Shown in pieces: positions 1 through 12,190 of a DNA stretch of 64,000 nucleotides. Below the pieces are notes generated by a model. The model was given only the letters and a program-made list of their open reading frames with translations. It was not told the DNA's origin and searched no databases. Positions within the stretch are counted from its first letter, which is position 1; the number at the start of each line of letters is the position of its first letter. The stretch comes from Vicugna vicugna. Lineage: Eukaryota. The stretch is from the NCBI GenBank assembly GCA_013265495.1, contig MU058205.1, forward strand, positions 74,312 through 138,311, given 5' to 3'. A program made the translations under genes and the position numbers.

Positions 1-869
1 TAAGGGGCCATGTGCTGGGGTCCCTGGGTGTTGGGAGAAGCCCTGCTCTTGGAGCTGGAAGCCCAGGCTCAGAGAAGCACTGAGCGTGTGATGAGACTGG
101 GAGGTCACTAGATGAGCCCTGGTTCCCTCACACCTAGGCAGCACTGCCTTTCTCACCAGGCTGTTGGAGTCCTGAATGCGCGCACAAGTGCGCGTGCAGG
201 GCAGACATCCAAGATGTGTCGTGGCCGTGGGAGGCGCCACGGGTCCCACCAGCTTTACAGTGAAGACCAGCAGGGCTCAGGGCTCCTTGCCTCCACGGGG
301 TGGACAGCACGCTTGGTCACTGAGTGAAGGATGGGCCTGCCTACTGTGTTCCCCATGGTGCCTCCAATGCCAGGCTACAACTTTTTGTATCCACTGAACA
401 GTCAACCACAATGGACTGGAAAACTGGGCAGAGAACAACTAAAACTACTGGCCAGCTGCCTGTGTCCTGGAGTGCAGGCTCACTTCCTGGCCGTCACGGG
501 CCTCCACAGGCAGCCTGACCCTAGCCCAAAGGCACCCGGAAGTTTCTCCTCACCCAGCCCTTGTCTGGGACAGACCACCCAGTCCCTTTAGAGGAGTTTA
601 GGGCATCTTCACAGAGATGTTCACATGACCTGAAGGGAGGTGAGGGGATGAGAAGTACCTGGGAGAAAATTTTCCAAAAAAAATAGCAGGTGCAAAGGTC
701 CTGAGGCAGAGAAGTGTCTGGCATGTCCTGCAGGCCTGTGTCAACAGACAGAAGGAGTACAGGGAGGGGAGCAGGAGATGATTTTGGGGAGGTGATGATG
801 TCAGGGAGGGGATGGGGCCTGGGAAGCCATGACATCAGGTAGAAGCGACAGGAAGAAAGAGGAGGGGAG

Positions 870-1060
870 GGCGTGGCTCCAGAGTCAGGCTGTTTGAATC
901 CTGGCTCTGCTGCTTACTGGTTGTGACTCTTTAAGCAACTTAATCTCTTAACCTTTCTTTATCTAAACTTTGAAAACTGTGCAGGGGATAAACATAGCAC
1001 CTGCCCTAGTGGGCCATTGGGTTTATGAGTATAAAGCGCTGGTGCACCGGAAGCCCCAGT
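870..1060 (+). mobile_element. MIR SINE fragment
   Basis: gagtcaggctgtttgaatcctggctctgctgcttactggttgtgact... resembles the MIR core; degenerate. Confidence 0.6.
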
Positions 1061-1246
1061 AAACGTCCACTCTGACCAGTCTTTCTGGTAATGTCCTTTC
1101 AGGCAGGATGTCCAGTTGATCAACCTACGATTGGCCCCTAATGCGTCTTCATCTCTATTAAATTTCATGAGGTATTAAATTTCATGAGGCATATTATGCT
1201 TTTTATGCATCATAGCATATTCATTTTTCAATTTCCATTCATTTTT

Positions 1247-1380
1247 GTTTTTTGCTGGGGGTTGGGGAGGCCGTTAGATTTATTTATTTACTTTTGAAGT
1301 GGTGATACTGGGGATTGAACCCAGGATCTCATGCATGCTAAGCACACGTTCTACCACTGAGCCCCATACCCTCTGCCCTC
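1247..1380 (-). mobile_element. tRNA-Ala-derived SINE (vic-1-like, camelid)
   Basis: ctggggattgaacccaggatctcatgcatgctaagcacacgttctaccactgagc is the reverse complement of a tRNA-Ala-like head; A-rich tail; tcattttt on both flanks. Confidence 0.88.
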
Positions 1381-1895
1381 TGCTCATTTTTATAGAAGAA
1401 GAGAGAAATACTTATATTATTCCAGGTGTGGCCCGGGCTGACTCTGGAACATAGATGCTGCTGCTGAGTGGGTGGGGGGACCCGTGTGCTGGCTCTTCAC
1501 CCACAGGTGGGAGTTGGGAAGGCCGAGCTTAGGGTATGCAGGTGGGTTGGGGAGTCAGGGCGAGGCAGCAGAACGTTGTGAGGAGCTCAGGATCTCCTGC
1601 GTTCCCGCCCTTGGCTAGGGTGTCCCTCAACTCCTTTCACACAGGAAGGTCTTCCCTAGTCTAGCGCACTCTTGGCCATTTTTAGAGCCACTGTTTATCA
1701 GCCTGAGTCACCAACTGCAATTTCCCCTGTCACTCCATGCCGAGGACAACCAAGTCCTGAAGAGACAGAGTCTGCGTGTGCAAGAGCCGTGCGGATGGGA
1801 ACCCAGTATCCATCCCTAAAAGAAGATGCATTCCTAGGCAGAATCTCTGTTTAGTCCCTCCTGAATGTCCCACAGGTCCTTCAAATTTAACTCAC

Positions 1896-2390
1896 TGTAT
1901 TAATTTCCTGTTGCTGCAGTAACAAATTACTATAAACTCAGTGGCTTAAAACACTGCAAATTTCTTACCTACAGTTCTGGAGGTGAGAAATCAGAGATGG
2001 GTCTCCCTAGGCTAAAATCAGGATGTGGACAGGGCTGAGTCCCTCTCTGGAGGCGCTGGGGGAATCCATTCTGCCTCTTCCAGCTCTAGGGCTCGCCCGC
2101 ATTCCTTGGCGGGGAACTTCCCCCTGCAAAGCAGCGCCGGTCAGTCAGGCCTTTCTTACATGGAATCCCGCTGATGCTGACTCTTTTATTTCCTCTTCCA
2201 CATCTAAGGACCCTTATTTTTCTGTTGGACCCACCCAGGAGTCCAGGGTAATCTCATCTCAAGGTCAGGGGATGAACAATCTTCATTCTATCTGCAACCT
2301 TCATCCCCCTTGGCTGTGTAACCCACATAGTCACAGGATCTGAGGCTTAGGACGTGGACATCTTTGTGGGCCTTCCTGCTGACCACACAC
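1896..2390 (-). mobile_element. MLT1 (ERVL-MaLR) solo LTR
   Basis: tgtattaatttcctgttgctgcagtaacaaattactataaactcagtggcttaaaac...gacatctttgtgggcc...ccaca, the typical MLT1 termini in reverse orientation. Confidence 0.8.
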
Positions 2391-2702
2391 ATCTCCCAGA
2401 GGCCAGCTCACTGGTCCCCAGCACCCCCTCTCCCGTGGTTTTAGGGGACACTCAGAACACACCACCGCAGCTGTCCACTTGTCCAAACCAGAAATCTGTC
2501 ATCAACCCAGACTCCCTTTCCTGCTCATTTGAATGCGATTGGTCACCAGGTCCTGTCTGTCGGGCATCGTCCTCATTGTCCTCCCCGTTACACCACCAGG
2601 GTGTGAATTCAGGCACCCCGCCCTCTCAGGCCCTCCTCTCAGTCTCCTTCCCCAGTCTCGCCCTTCTGGCCTCTCTCCATGGCACTCTCTGGCCAGCAGG
2701 GC

Positions 2703-3225
2703 TTTTTTTTTTTAAATTGCAGTATAGTCAGTTACACTGTGTCAGTTTCTGGTGTGCAGCATAATGTCCCAGTCATGCGTATATATATTCGTTTTCATTG
2801 AAAGTTAGTGTAAGATGTTGAATATAGTTCCCTGTGCTATACAGAAGAAATTTCTTTTTTAATCTGTTTATATATATATATAGTGGTTAACATTTGCAAA
2901 TATCAAACTCCCAAGTTTATCCCTTCCCACTCCCTTTCCCCCATAACCATGAGATTGTTTACTAAGTCAGAGTCTGTTTCTGCTTCATAGATGAGTTCAT
3001 TAGTGTCCTCTTTTTTTCTTTCTTTCTTCCTTTTTTTTTTTTTAGATTTCACATATGAATGATATCATATGGTATTTTTCTATCTCTTTCTGGCTTACTT
3101 CACTTACGAGTGATGATCTCCAGGTCCATTCATGTTGCTATATATGGCATTATTTTATTCTTTTTAATTGCTGAGTAGTATTCCATTGTATAAATATACC
3201 TACAACTTCTTTATCTGTTGATGGA
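2703..3225 (-). mobile_element. LINE-1 3' end (5'-truncated)
   Basis: poly-T followed by gaatatagttccctgtgctatacag...tccattcatgttgct...ctgagtagtattccattgta, the L1 3'UTR/ORF2 end in reverse. Confidence 0.88.
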
Positions 3226-3239
3226 TTTTTTAAAAAAAA

Positions 3240-3383
3240 TTAATTTTAAAATTTGGGGTGAGGGGATGCAATTAGATATTTATTTATTTGTTTGTTTATT
3301 TATTTTAATGGAGGTATTGGGGACTGAACCCAGGACCTCATGCATGTTAAGCATGCACTCTACCACTGAGCTATACCCTCCCT
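3240..3383 (-). mobile_element. vic-1-like SINE
   Basis: ggggactgaacccaggacctcatgcatgttaagcatgcactctaccactgagctataccctccc. Confidence 0.9.
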
Positions 3384-4334
3384 GCCAGGACTTTTTTGTT
3401 AAATAAGGAAAGCTTTTCATGACACTTCATTTCTAAGAAATGCTCACTGGTTCTCCGTTGCCTATAGCATTGATTTCCAAGCATAATGTCTCCACAGTTA
3501 ACAGGCCCCACTCGATACTAATTGTACTAATTGTACTTTTACTATTTTACCAACATACATAATGACAAAAAGCCCATGTAATTACACTTTTCAAAGCCTT
3601 TATGAATTTAAAAATGATTCGCATTTTAGTTCATGTTTGGTAATACTTTCAGTTGATAGTAAGTTAATCACAAAGCATCTCCATATAGTTGAAAAACAGG
3701 AGTACATACGTGTGCGACATTATTCTACGAGCAATGCTCGGCGCCCCTGTAGGTTCTCCCATCTCCTGTCATTAGCACCAGAGCGTCCCAGAAGTCTGTG
3801 GCCCTCAGGTGCAGGATCGGTGGCCTGCAGAAGAAAATCCAAACCTTTTTCCAAGGCCTGCAAAGATTTTCTTGCTCTGGCTCTTACCTCCTGTCCTGCG
3901 CCTGCTCTACTTGCTTCACACCCCGGTGCCCCTGAACGTGCCCTGGACTCTGGCTCACTTTACTCCCAGAGTGTGGAAGCCCCCCTTGCACACGTCTGCA
4001 CAATAAGCCCCTCTTCAGTGTCAGGGTTAATGTCACCTTCTCTGAGAAGTCTTTCTTCCATTGTTGTTTCTTCTGTTCTCTCTCTGCAAAAAGATAAAAT
4101 AAAATAACTATCACTTGCAGCCTGCTTCAGTCTTCTCTGTCTCCTAACTCCAGGGAGGGTCCCCTCTGCCTGCTTTTCCTACTCAGAGGGGGGTCCCCGC
4201 CGGACACTGCACACAGCTTTTCCTCTGCCTTTGCCTTCTCTCTCCATTGACTTCCATGTGCAGAACAACTGCTTTCCTTCTGCTGAACATACTTACAAGA
4301 GTGAAACCAAACCAAAACCCAGTAAAGGACAGTC

Positions 4335-4378
4335 GTGTGTGTGTGGGTGTGTGTGTGTGTATGTGTGTGTTCATGTGT
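4335..4378. repeat. (TG)n microsatellite, interrupted
   Basis: seen directly. Confidence 0.9.
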
Positions 4379-6606
4379 TAGGGATGCTATGATCTCCTGT
4401 TACTGGTGGTTGATGGCTAAGGTGAAGATGCTCTCCAGGAACATGAAAGTCAGGGAATTCAGGCTGTCCCCTTCACACTCAACTAAATTGTGAGATGAAC
4501 ACAAAGTGGAACTAGGCAAAGCTATTCTGAGGCGAGAGGCTGGCTCCAAGGCCAGCAGAGCTTGGTGATCATCCTGAACTCACAGCCACATGGGGAGGGT
4601 TCTTGGCAGATGGAGGCAGCAGTCTTGGTCAGAGATGGGAGCAGGGAGTCCCCGGGCAAATGTCGGCAGGACCCTCTTTGGCTTTGGGGCCGACGAGGGA
4701 CAGATTGCCAGGTCATCTCTAGTTGGCTACTGGGCGTGGTGGTCAATGACTTTGACTATTTCTGATCCTATTGGCAAAAACATCTCTCTTGTGATTGAAT
4801 GAAATCTTGTCTTATCTTGATATCACTAAACATCCGAATCTCCTGCCTCTCCTTATTCTTCAAGACACGGTGAACAGCGTTATTATGACTCGGCATCTCA
4901 AGGAGGTCTCCAAAGGGAGAGGATGCACCCATTACACCAACCACCAGAGTTTCCTTTCCCAAGACGGTGCTTTCTCATATTACATGAATAGTGTGACTTC
5001 TGACTTGAACTGGGGAGAAAATGTTCTAAAACTGCTGATGTAAATATTTTATGTCTTTGCCTGGTTTTACGGAACTGGAGAAATATTCCCCCTGGGGCCG
5101 TTTCTAGCACTTCCTCTCAATCAAACAGCTGGAGGTGTAGCATTAATTTAGCAGACGGTGGTCGTGACTCCGGAGAGCATTCTCTGGGGGCCCATGTGCT
5201 TATTGTAGTTCTGCTTTGGCTCGTTTAAACATCAAGCACACAGAGAACTGAGACACTCTTATGTACCTCTCAGCACACAAGCTTTCGTAGCAGCACCTGC
5301 ATCAGTCACACTTTGACAGATGCTGGATGACAGCTGGTCCAGGTTTTAACTTTAAGATGAGTACCAATAGTGTGCGTGGCTGGTGGGGGAGAGACTTGGG
5401 TGCTTGGGGAGCAAATATGATATCTGACCTTTTACCCTGGAAACCAGGGAGCCTGACTGTTTGTGCTTCAACTTGTCGTGAGTTTAGATGGCACCGGGTC
5501 CTGCTGGCTGGGTCCAAATTCCATTTCGAGTCTGCTCAAGTCTCCAGAGAGGTACTTGCTAGGAACTTAGAAATCTGATAACTAAAATATCACCAGCTGT
5601 AGCAATAACAACAGAAATATTTGGCTTGACTTTATTTATCAAAGGTTTAATTGATAGAAATCACACACACACACTTGCCCACACCCAGCTTCTCCCTCCA
5701 CTCTGACCCTCTTTTCCCCGCTGTCCATTCTCTCTCCTGAGCTTCCTGGCTTCCTACTTTTCATTCTGGAATGAAATCTCAGGCCAGACCGCAGAGCTTG
5801 GAGGGCTGTACACAGGCTTTTATTGCTCATTAATGATCTAAACCAGACATAGTTACTGAGAAGTGCACTTTCAAAGCATTTATTTGATCAACACAATTTA
5901 CTGCCTCTGTCCCTCTCTTGCAGGATCTAAGGGATGAGTCGTCACTGCCTTTGTGACAACCTTCAGTAATTCTGAAGACTGACCTTGTGTTGCTGGATGT
6001 TCACTCACAGTTAGATAGTCTCCTGTGTCAGCAGCAACCAGGCACCCAACCTAAACCACCCACCTTCACCCCCAAAACTGACCAGCGCTGCTGAACGTCA
6101 AGGGTTTCCATTTCAAAATGGAAAGAGTAGAAGGGGGTCAATTGTTCATGAGATAAACAATTGTTTAGGTAAAACAATTCATATTTTTCTTATAAAATGT
6201 GGGTAGAGGAGACCAGGGAGCAGAGATCGTTTATAAGAGGAGAAAGTATTTTGGTAATATCGTAACATCTGAAAGTTGTGAAGCACATACATTTCTTGAG
6301 CATGAAAAATATTTCACGTATTCTGGTACCTCTCTAAATGTTCTCTTGATCAAGTTGTGATATAAATGAATAAAACACAAATCCAATGTCTTTCCTAACT
6401 TCACACCACCCATGGTGGGCATGTTTAGATTGGTTATTATTTATTAGAGAGAGAAACAAAAAGACTAAGTTTTTAAGGAAGGGACTCTGCATGAGTTCCT
6501 GGTAGAACCATTACTCAGCAGAGGGTATTTTAAGCCTGAATTTCCTTTTTCCCTTTCTCCCCTTATATAGAAGATGTAGAGGGGCCTTTAAAACCCCCAG
6601 TAGGGA

Positions 6607-7010
6607 TGTATTAATTCAGTGATCTATTTCTGTATAACAAACCACCCCCTCACTTGGTTTAGTGGCTTAAAACAATAGCTGCTTATTTCTTCTTATGATC
6701 CTGGGTCTAGCTGGGCGGTTCTGCCGAGGTCGTGTGCAGCTGGGAGCTTCACCGAGGTGGGCCATCTAAAGACTCCCTGGGTCTCCCTCCCCGGCCCTCA
6801 CATCTTTAGTAGTCTAACCCGAGTTTCGTTGCAGCGTGGAGACTGCCTTCCAGGAATGAGTGTGCCAGGAGGGGACACAGAGGCTTATCAAGCCTGCTCG
6901 CAACATGCTTGTTAATGTCCGTGAGTCAAAGCAAGTCCCAAGGCCAAGTCCAGAGACAGTGTGTGTGTGTGTGTGGGGGGGGGCGGTGAGGCAGGAGTCG
7001 CACAAGTATG
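6607..7010 (-). mobile_element. old MLT1-type LTR
   Basis: tatttctgtataacaaaccacccc...agtggcttaaaacaatagc MLT1 hallmark; right boundary uncertain. Confidence 0.6.
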
Positions 7011-7558
7011 TGAACCCTGGGAGAGATGTTTCCTTGGGGCCTGCCAGGTGGACTGATGTGGGAAAAGGAGGCGCTGAGGCTGCCGGGGCTGGTAGCCTAT
7101 CATTCACACCTACCTGGATGCAGAGGGGTGCATCATATGTACTGCTATGCAGGTGGAAATTGCGACTGGCCCAGCAGTTAGGACTTCTGGTGCTAAAAGG
7201 TGTATTTATCACCTGTGTTGTTTTCGTTGGGGTCAGTTCAAATGAGCAATGTGATACCTTGCCTGAACTCTCTACTGAATCTTCCTCCTTTGTGGGGGGA
7301 GGGGGAAGCTTAAAATGAGCAAACATTGGTACTTTGCTGAGTGTGCAGATGGCTGGATGAGATGGAGTCTGGGTGTTTCTGCGGTTTCCATCTGCCCCCT
7401 TTCCCAGAAAAAGGGACAGATTTCAGCTGCATTTGGACAAATAGAGTAACAGAGCACAGGGCATAGGAAGCCCTTTTAAAAACCTATCATCATGATCTTC
7501 AGTAGCAGTATTCTACACAGAGCTGACGCTACTCTGCACCTGCGTCCCAGAGCAGTAA

Positions 7559-8083
7559 AGTTGGGTTACAGGTGTGAGCAAAAAATATTGCCAGCCATAA
7601 TCAGTAAAGAAAGCATGCTGTGGCCATCAAGTCGTCAGCTGCTGCTGCCACCCCCGACAGTGAGCAGAGGGAACTCAGGATGCAGACAAGCAGGCAGCCT
7701 GGCCTCTGCAGCCACCCCCAACCTTGCACCTTGAGGGAACTCAGGATGTGAAAGGACAGCACACTGGCCCTAGATAGCCAGGTGCATATCAAAGGAATGA
7801 TTTCAGTGAGCCCATACCTTTGCACCTTCCCAAACACAGAAAAGCACTAAATTCCTTAACTTGAGATACCTGGGTTTCTTTAATTAACAGTAATCTTTTG
7901 ATGTTCTGACTACCTGGTCTTTGTTGCAAAAACTTATATATCCTGGCTTCTCCCTTGTCCCTTCAGAGCAGTCTCTCAGAGCAACCTGAGAGGCTGTCAC
8001 CCCAGGCTTAAGTCCTCAGAAACGTCTGCCGAATAAAACATTAACTCTCAACCTTTAGGTTGTGCACTTTATTTCAGTCGACA
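7559..8083 (+). mobile_element. ERV solo LTR
   Basis: TATA-like ttatata at ~7934, AATAAA at ~8032, terminus ttcagtcgaCA; ~520 bp long. Confidence 0.65.
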
Positions 8084-8693
8084 CAGATGAGCTGCAGCCC
8101 TGCCTCCCCCAGGGTCAGCATCGGTGGTTTTGCCCTGGGGATCCTGTCTGAGACCATCGGATTTTGACTGCCTGTTACTGTTCTTCTGCCACGCCCTGGC
8201 TACACTTCCCAGACATTACTTTGCTTTTCCCTTGCAGGCAGTTTGTGAAATGCCCACATTTGGGGTTTAAGCAAGAACGAAGCTCTGGGAGAGCATGCTG
8301 GGACAAAACTGCTGGGAGGACCCGCAGGGCACAGAGCCGAGAGGAACGCCCAGTGTCACCAGGCTTCCGGAGCCTCGCCCTGCCTTTGCCACTGACCAAC
8401 TCTGTATGTTTCATCTCTTTGAGCTTTAATGTCTTCAGCCTCACCAGGAATTGAAGCTATGGAATCTCCATTGTCTCCTTTCTCTGTAATTTTAAGATAA
8501 TAACATTCTTTTCAGCTTTGATCTCCACAGGCTTCGGAATTTTCATCCTAAGCAAAATCAATATCAAATGAAGAAATCATTCATTCTCACTAAACTCCAA
8601 GTGCAGAAAAGTATGTCTTGAGACTGTTGGGATCAGTGGGCCGGTGGACAGAGTCCTTCTGCACAGACACATGGAGAAAAGAGGCAGCTGAGG

Positions 8694-8985
8694 TTTTTTC
8701 TTTTTCTTTTAATTAAAGTATAGTCAGTTTACAATGTTGTGTTAATTTCTGATTACAGCATAGTGATTCAGATTTATATATAAAATCCTTTTCATAGTCT
8801 TTTTCATTATAGGCCATTGCAAGGTATTGAATATAGTTCCCTGTGCTATACAGTAGGACCTTGGTGTTTATCTAATTTATATATACTAGTTAGTATCTAC
8901 AAATGCCAAACTCCCAATTTATCCCTCCACCTCCCACTTTCCCCCTGGTAACCAGAAGTTTGTTTTCCAAGTCTGTGAGTCTTTC
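8694..8985 (-). mobile_element. LINE-1 3' UTR fragment
   Basis: ttaattaaagtatagtcagtttacaatgttgtg...gaatatagttccctgtgctatacagtaggacc. Confidence 0.88.
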
Positions 8986-9249
8986 TGTTGTTGTTGTTGT
9001 TTAATTGAACTATAGTCTGTTTATAATGTGTTCATTTTGAAGAAGCTGTGGCTTTTAAGAGAGCAGCAGGCTGAGTCCAGGGTAGATGAAAGGTTTTCCA
9101 GGAAGACAGAGAATCTCTCGCTTTCTGATGCATGAGGCATTCAGTGAGTGGACTCTTCACTAATCAAAACCTGAGAAAGGTTAAAAGAAAAAAAGAAGAA
9201 GAAAGGGAAAAAGAAGAAGAGTCAAATAGCACAAAACAGAGAAAATAGT

Positions 9250-9600
9250 AAAGTTGATTAAAGTGAGTTTACGCCATGGGAATCTGTTGGTTTTTGTCTT
9301 TATATGAAAATAATTTGGCCTGCGCCCATCTGTGCGCGCCAACATGACACTGAACCCCTGCCCTTTAAACCTCCTATGCCAGACAGGGAAATTAATAGAG
9401 AGAGAGATGCGCTCCCTCTTTGATCTGTCCTCGCTGAGATTTCCCAAGTTAATTAGCCTCTCCTGGGGGAGGTGGCCTAATCTCTTATTGACTCAGTAAC
9501 AATTAACTCTTAACAATTAACCACAACCTTCAATCACAAATATGCCACAAATTAAACAATGTCATAACGTCCTTAACTGACAAAGACGTCAATCCGCAAG
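9250..9600. promoter_or_regulatory. candidate enhancer (motif-dense unique sequence)
   Basis: CTTTGAT 9418, TAATTA 9450, TGACTCA 9489, TAACAATTAAC at 9497 and 9511, AACAAT 9555; no recognisable repeat. Confidence 0.45.
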
Positions 9601-10450
9601 TACTTACTATCCTCGCAGCGCTGTGTTGACCGCGGGCCGGCAGGCCTCTAAGAGGCGGGAGGTGGAAGGTGTGGGGAGCAGGACGGCGACGCCTGCGCCG
9701 GGGCGGCTCCTGGGAACCGCGGGCCCCGCAGCAGTGACCTTCGGAAACTGCCATTAACAACTGTCTAGTTCAATACTTTTTTGAATCATAGAATTAACAT
9801 ATTCGCATTAGAAGAATGTTGGAAAAACCAGAAAGGAGAAATGCAGTCACAGTCCCACCCCGAGTGTCTGGCATTTTCACCCCAGTTCTTTCTCAGTCAC
9901 CGCGCTGCCCCCATCCCTGCCGGTCCGCGCCCCGGCCGCGTCTCTCCGTGCATCACCGGGTAGAGCCGGTGAGCCTGCCCTCGGGCTCCGAGCGGAGCGC
10001 TTAAGCCCCTTCCTGCACCTGCGGGGAGTGGAGAGGCTTCTGACGCGGAAATGTCAGTTTTGATTTTCTTCTTGGGGATGTTCTTTAATCGCTCGCACTA
10101 GTTTGATCCAAACGAGGGACGCAGCCGCGTCCTCAGTTTCCTCTGCCTGTGGACATTGCTGTGTGTCAGACCCCTGCTGGGACCCCAGGATTTCTCCCCT
10201 CACCTGCGCCCACCTGGAAGGAAGGGTTCTCCACACCCGCCTGAGCTCCCGCCGCCCTGCTAGTTCGTGACGGGTGTCAATCACACTGTACAAACGATCG
10301 GCAAGCATTCCGCGCGTTAGCAGATTCTGTTCCCTTGTGTCCATTCTCACGCAGCGTCACAAGTAAGTTCATGTCAAGGCTGGCTGCGCACGGACACTGG
10401 AAATCCCACGTTGAGCCGCGGGTGGGTGGCTGGGTGGGTGCTAGGAGGCT
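9600..10450. promoter_or_regulatory. CpG-rich island-like segment
   Basis: dense CpG (gaccgcgggccggc, gcgccggggcggc, ccgcgccccggccgcg, ccgcgcg) relative to the flanks; ratio not computed. Confidence 0.5.
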
Positions 10451-11100
10451 CCTTCCAGGCTGAGCTTTCATCTGGCACCCATCACTGAAACTCTGAGTAA
10501 GAAAAGGCGCTCGCTAGGGAACCCACACTAGGGAACAGCTGTTATTATACCCCCTCCCCGACCCCAAAGGCCCTGTGACCTCTTAGAGGTGGTCTTGCTG
10601 AGAACAAGACACAGCTTTGATTCCACGTGGAGCTGGCAAAATATTCAGGGAGCCCAGGTTTTCTAAGAGCCAAAAATAATCACATGACTGCCACATGGCA
10701 TGGCTGCCCAGATGGGAGCAGCAGTCAGCACTCTGGCCCTAGAGAACTGGGTGCTTGGCCGCCCAACGTTTCATGACGGCTGGGGGCTGGCAGTTGAGCG
10801 GGCAGCTAGCAGGAGGGGCGCCTGTCTTCTCCACACCACAGTCTTCCGAGCAGCGCTGGGCCTCACAGGCAAAGAGCATCCTCACTGGTCTGTCAAACCG
10901 TGTGATGCTTCTGACCAAACTTGCTCTGTGGGTACGCTGAAGACAGATGTGACAGTTGTGAGACTGGTGACTCTGTGGGTTTACAAGACCAAAAGATACA
11001 GAGCACGCGTGACACAGCTGACAATGGGCCCCGCTAGTGAGGTGCAGTCATTGAAAAGACAAGTTAAAGTCTGTAGCTTGATCAGTATCAAGAAAATGCA

Positions 11101-11212
11101 GAATACGAAAATGAATATATGTTTATATATGCACGACTGGGACATCGTGCTGTACACCAGAAATGGACACATTGTAACTGACTGTACTTCAATCAAAAAA
11201 ATTAAAAAAAAA
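11101..11212 (+). mobile_element. very short L1 3'-terminal insertion
   Basis: gaaaatgaatatatg...ccagaaatggacacattgtaactgactgtacttcaat plus A-tail; TSD aagaaaat(g/a)ca at 11090-11100 and 11213-11223. Confidence 0.85.
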
Positions 11213-11764
11213 AAGAAAATACAACAGTCCTGTAATGAGATTGCTTCCAGATTGGTTTGGATTTAACTGTAAAGGAGAAAGCTTTGTACCTACTGTTTTG
11301 TGCATCAGAGATTTAGTTAAGGGTCTGAAATGCCTTTAGTAGCAGAGTCCCCCCTCAAGGGCCACAGCGTAAGAGGGGTCTGAGGTCAGACAGGCCTGCT
11401 GTGGATCCAGGGCTCTGTCCCTTCATTACTGCAGAACTGTGAACATTATTTTTCTATGCCTAGTTTTATCAGTTAGAAAAAAATAATCCTCCTTTCTAGA
11501 GAGCTTTGAGAAAAAAACTAAGAACTAGTAAGGAGTTCTAGATAAGGAAAGCTCTCATGCTGCTAATGTCTGATGTGGTTGCCAGGCTTCGGAAAACTCA
11601 CCAGATACTGGGAATTCAGAGGCCCAGAGCTGGCTGGGGATAGGCTATGGATTTGGTTCAACTCATGCACGGTTCGAGCCAGGCATGGGTTGTGAGCACC
11701 AGGTGCTCCTCAGTAAGCCAGATCTTATGTGAGATCCATGTGGTGGTTGAACGTCCTTTGCTCT

Positions 11765-11816
11765 GTGTGTGTGTGTGTGTTTGTGTGTGTGTGTTTGTGT
11801 GTGTGTTTGTGTGTGT
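11765..11816. repeat. (TG)n microsatellite with TT interruptions
   Basis: seen directly. Confidence 0.9.
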
Positions 11817-12190
11817 ATGAGTTCAGGTCCTCCGGGCAGTAGACCATAAGATGGGGTTAGGAGTGAGGGAAGTTTGTCGGGGAGTGATGTCTACGGCAGG
11901 TGAAGGAGAGGAAGCAGGCTGGATAGCGCCACCACAGACGGTGCTGCAGATGGGATGGCCTTAGTCAATCCAAGGGGAAGCTCTGGGGCCCTGGTGTCCT
12001 TCAGAGGAGCCCCATGTTGGACAGGAGCAGCCGGGCCCCAGTTCCCTGCTCTGCTGGGTCAGCTGGGGTTGCCCAGGAGGAGCATGGCCTCAGCTCAAAT
12101 GGCCACTGCCTGCCCTCTTCACAGTTGGGCTGCCAGCTCCTTCCTGGAGGGGAGATGGGAGCCATGGCCTGTGTCTGCTGCACGACCGAG
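11817..12190. mobile_element. possible ancient ERVL LTR (LTR16-like)
   Basis: gtcctccgggcagtagaccataagatgggg...ggagaggaagcaggctgg...ggaagctctggggcc resembles LTR16-type sequence from memory. Confidence 0.35.

Noticed and set aside
3562..4107. 181-aa ORF
   Set aside because: It overlaps L2-like degenerate sequence, has Ser/Leu-rich random composition and no domain.
10700..11266. 188-aa ORF downstream of the CpG-rich segment
   Set aside because: It runs through an L1 tail and poly-A (KKIKKKKK) and resembles no protein I know.
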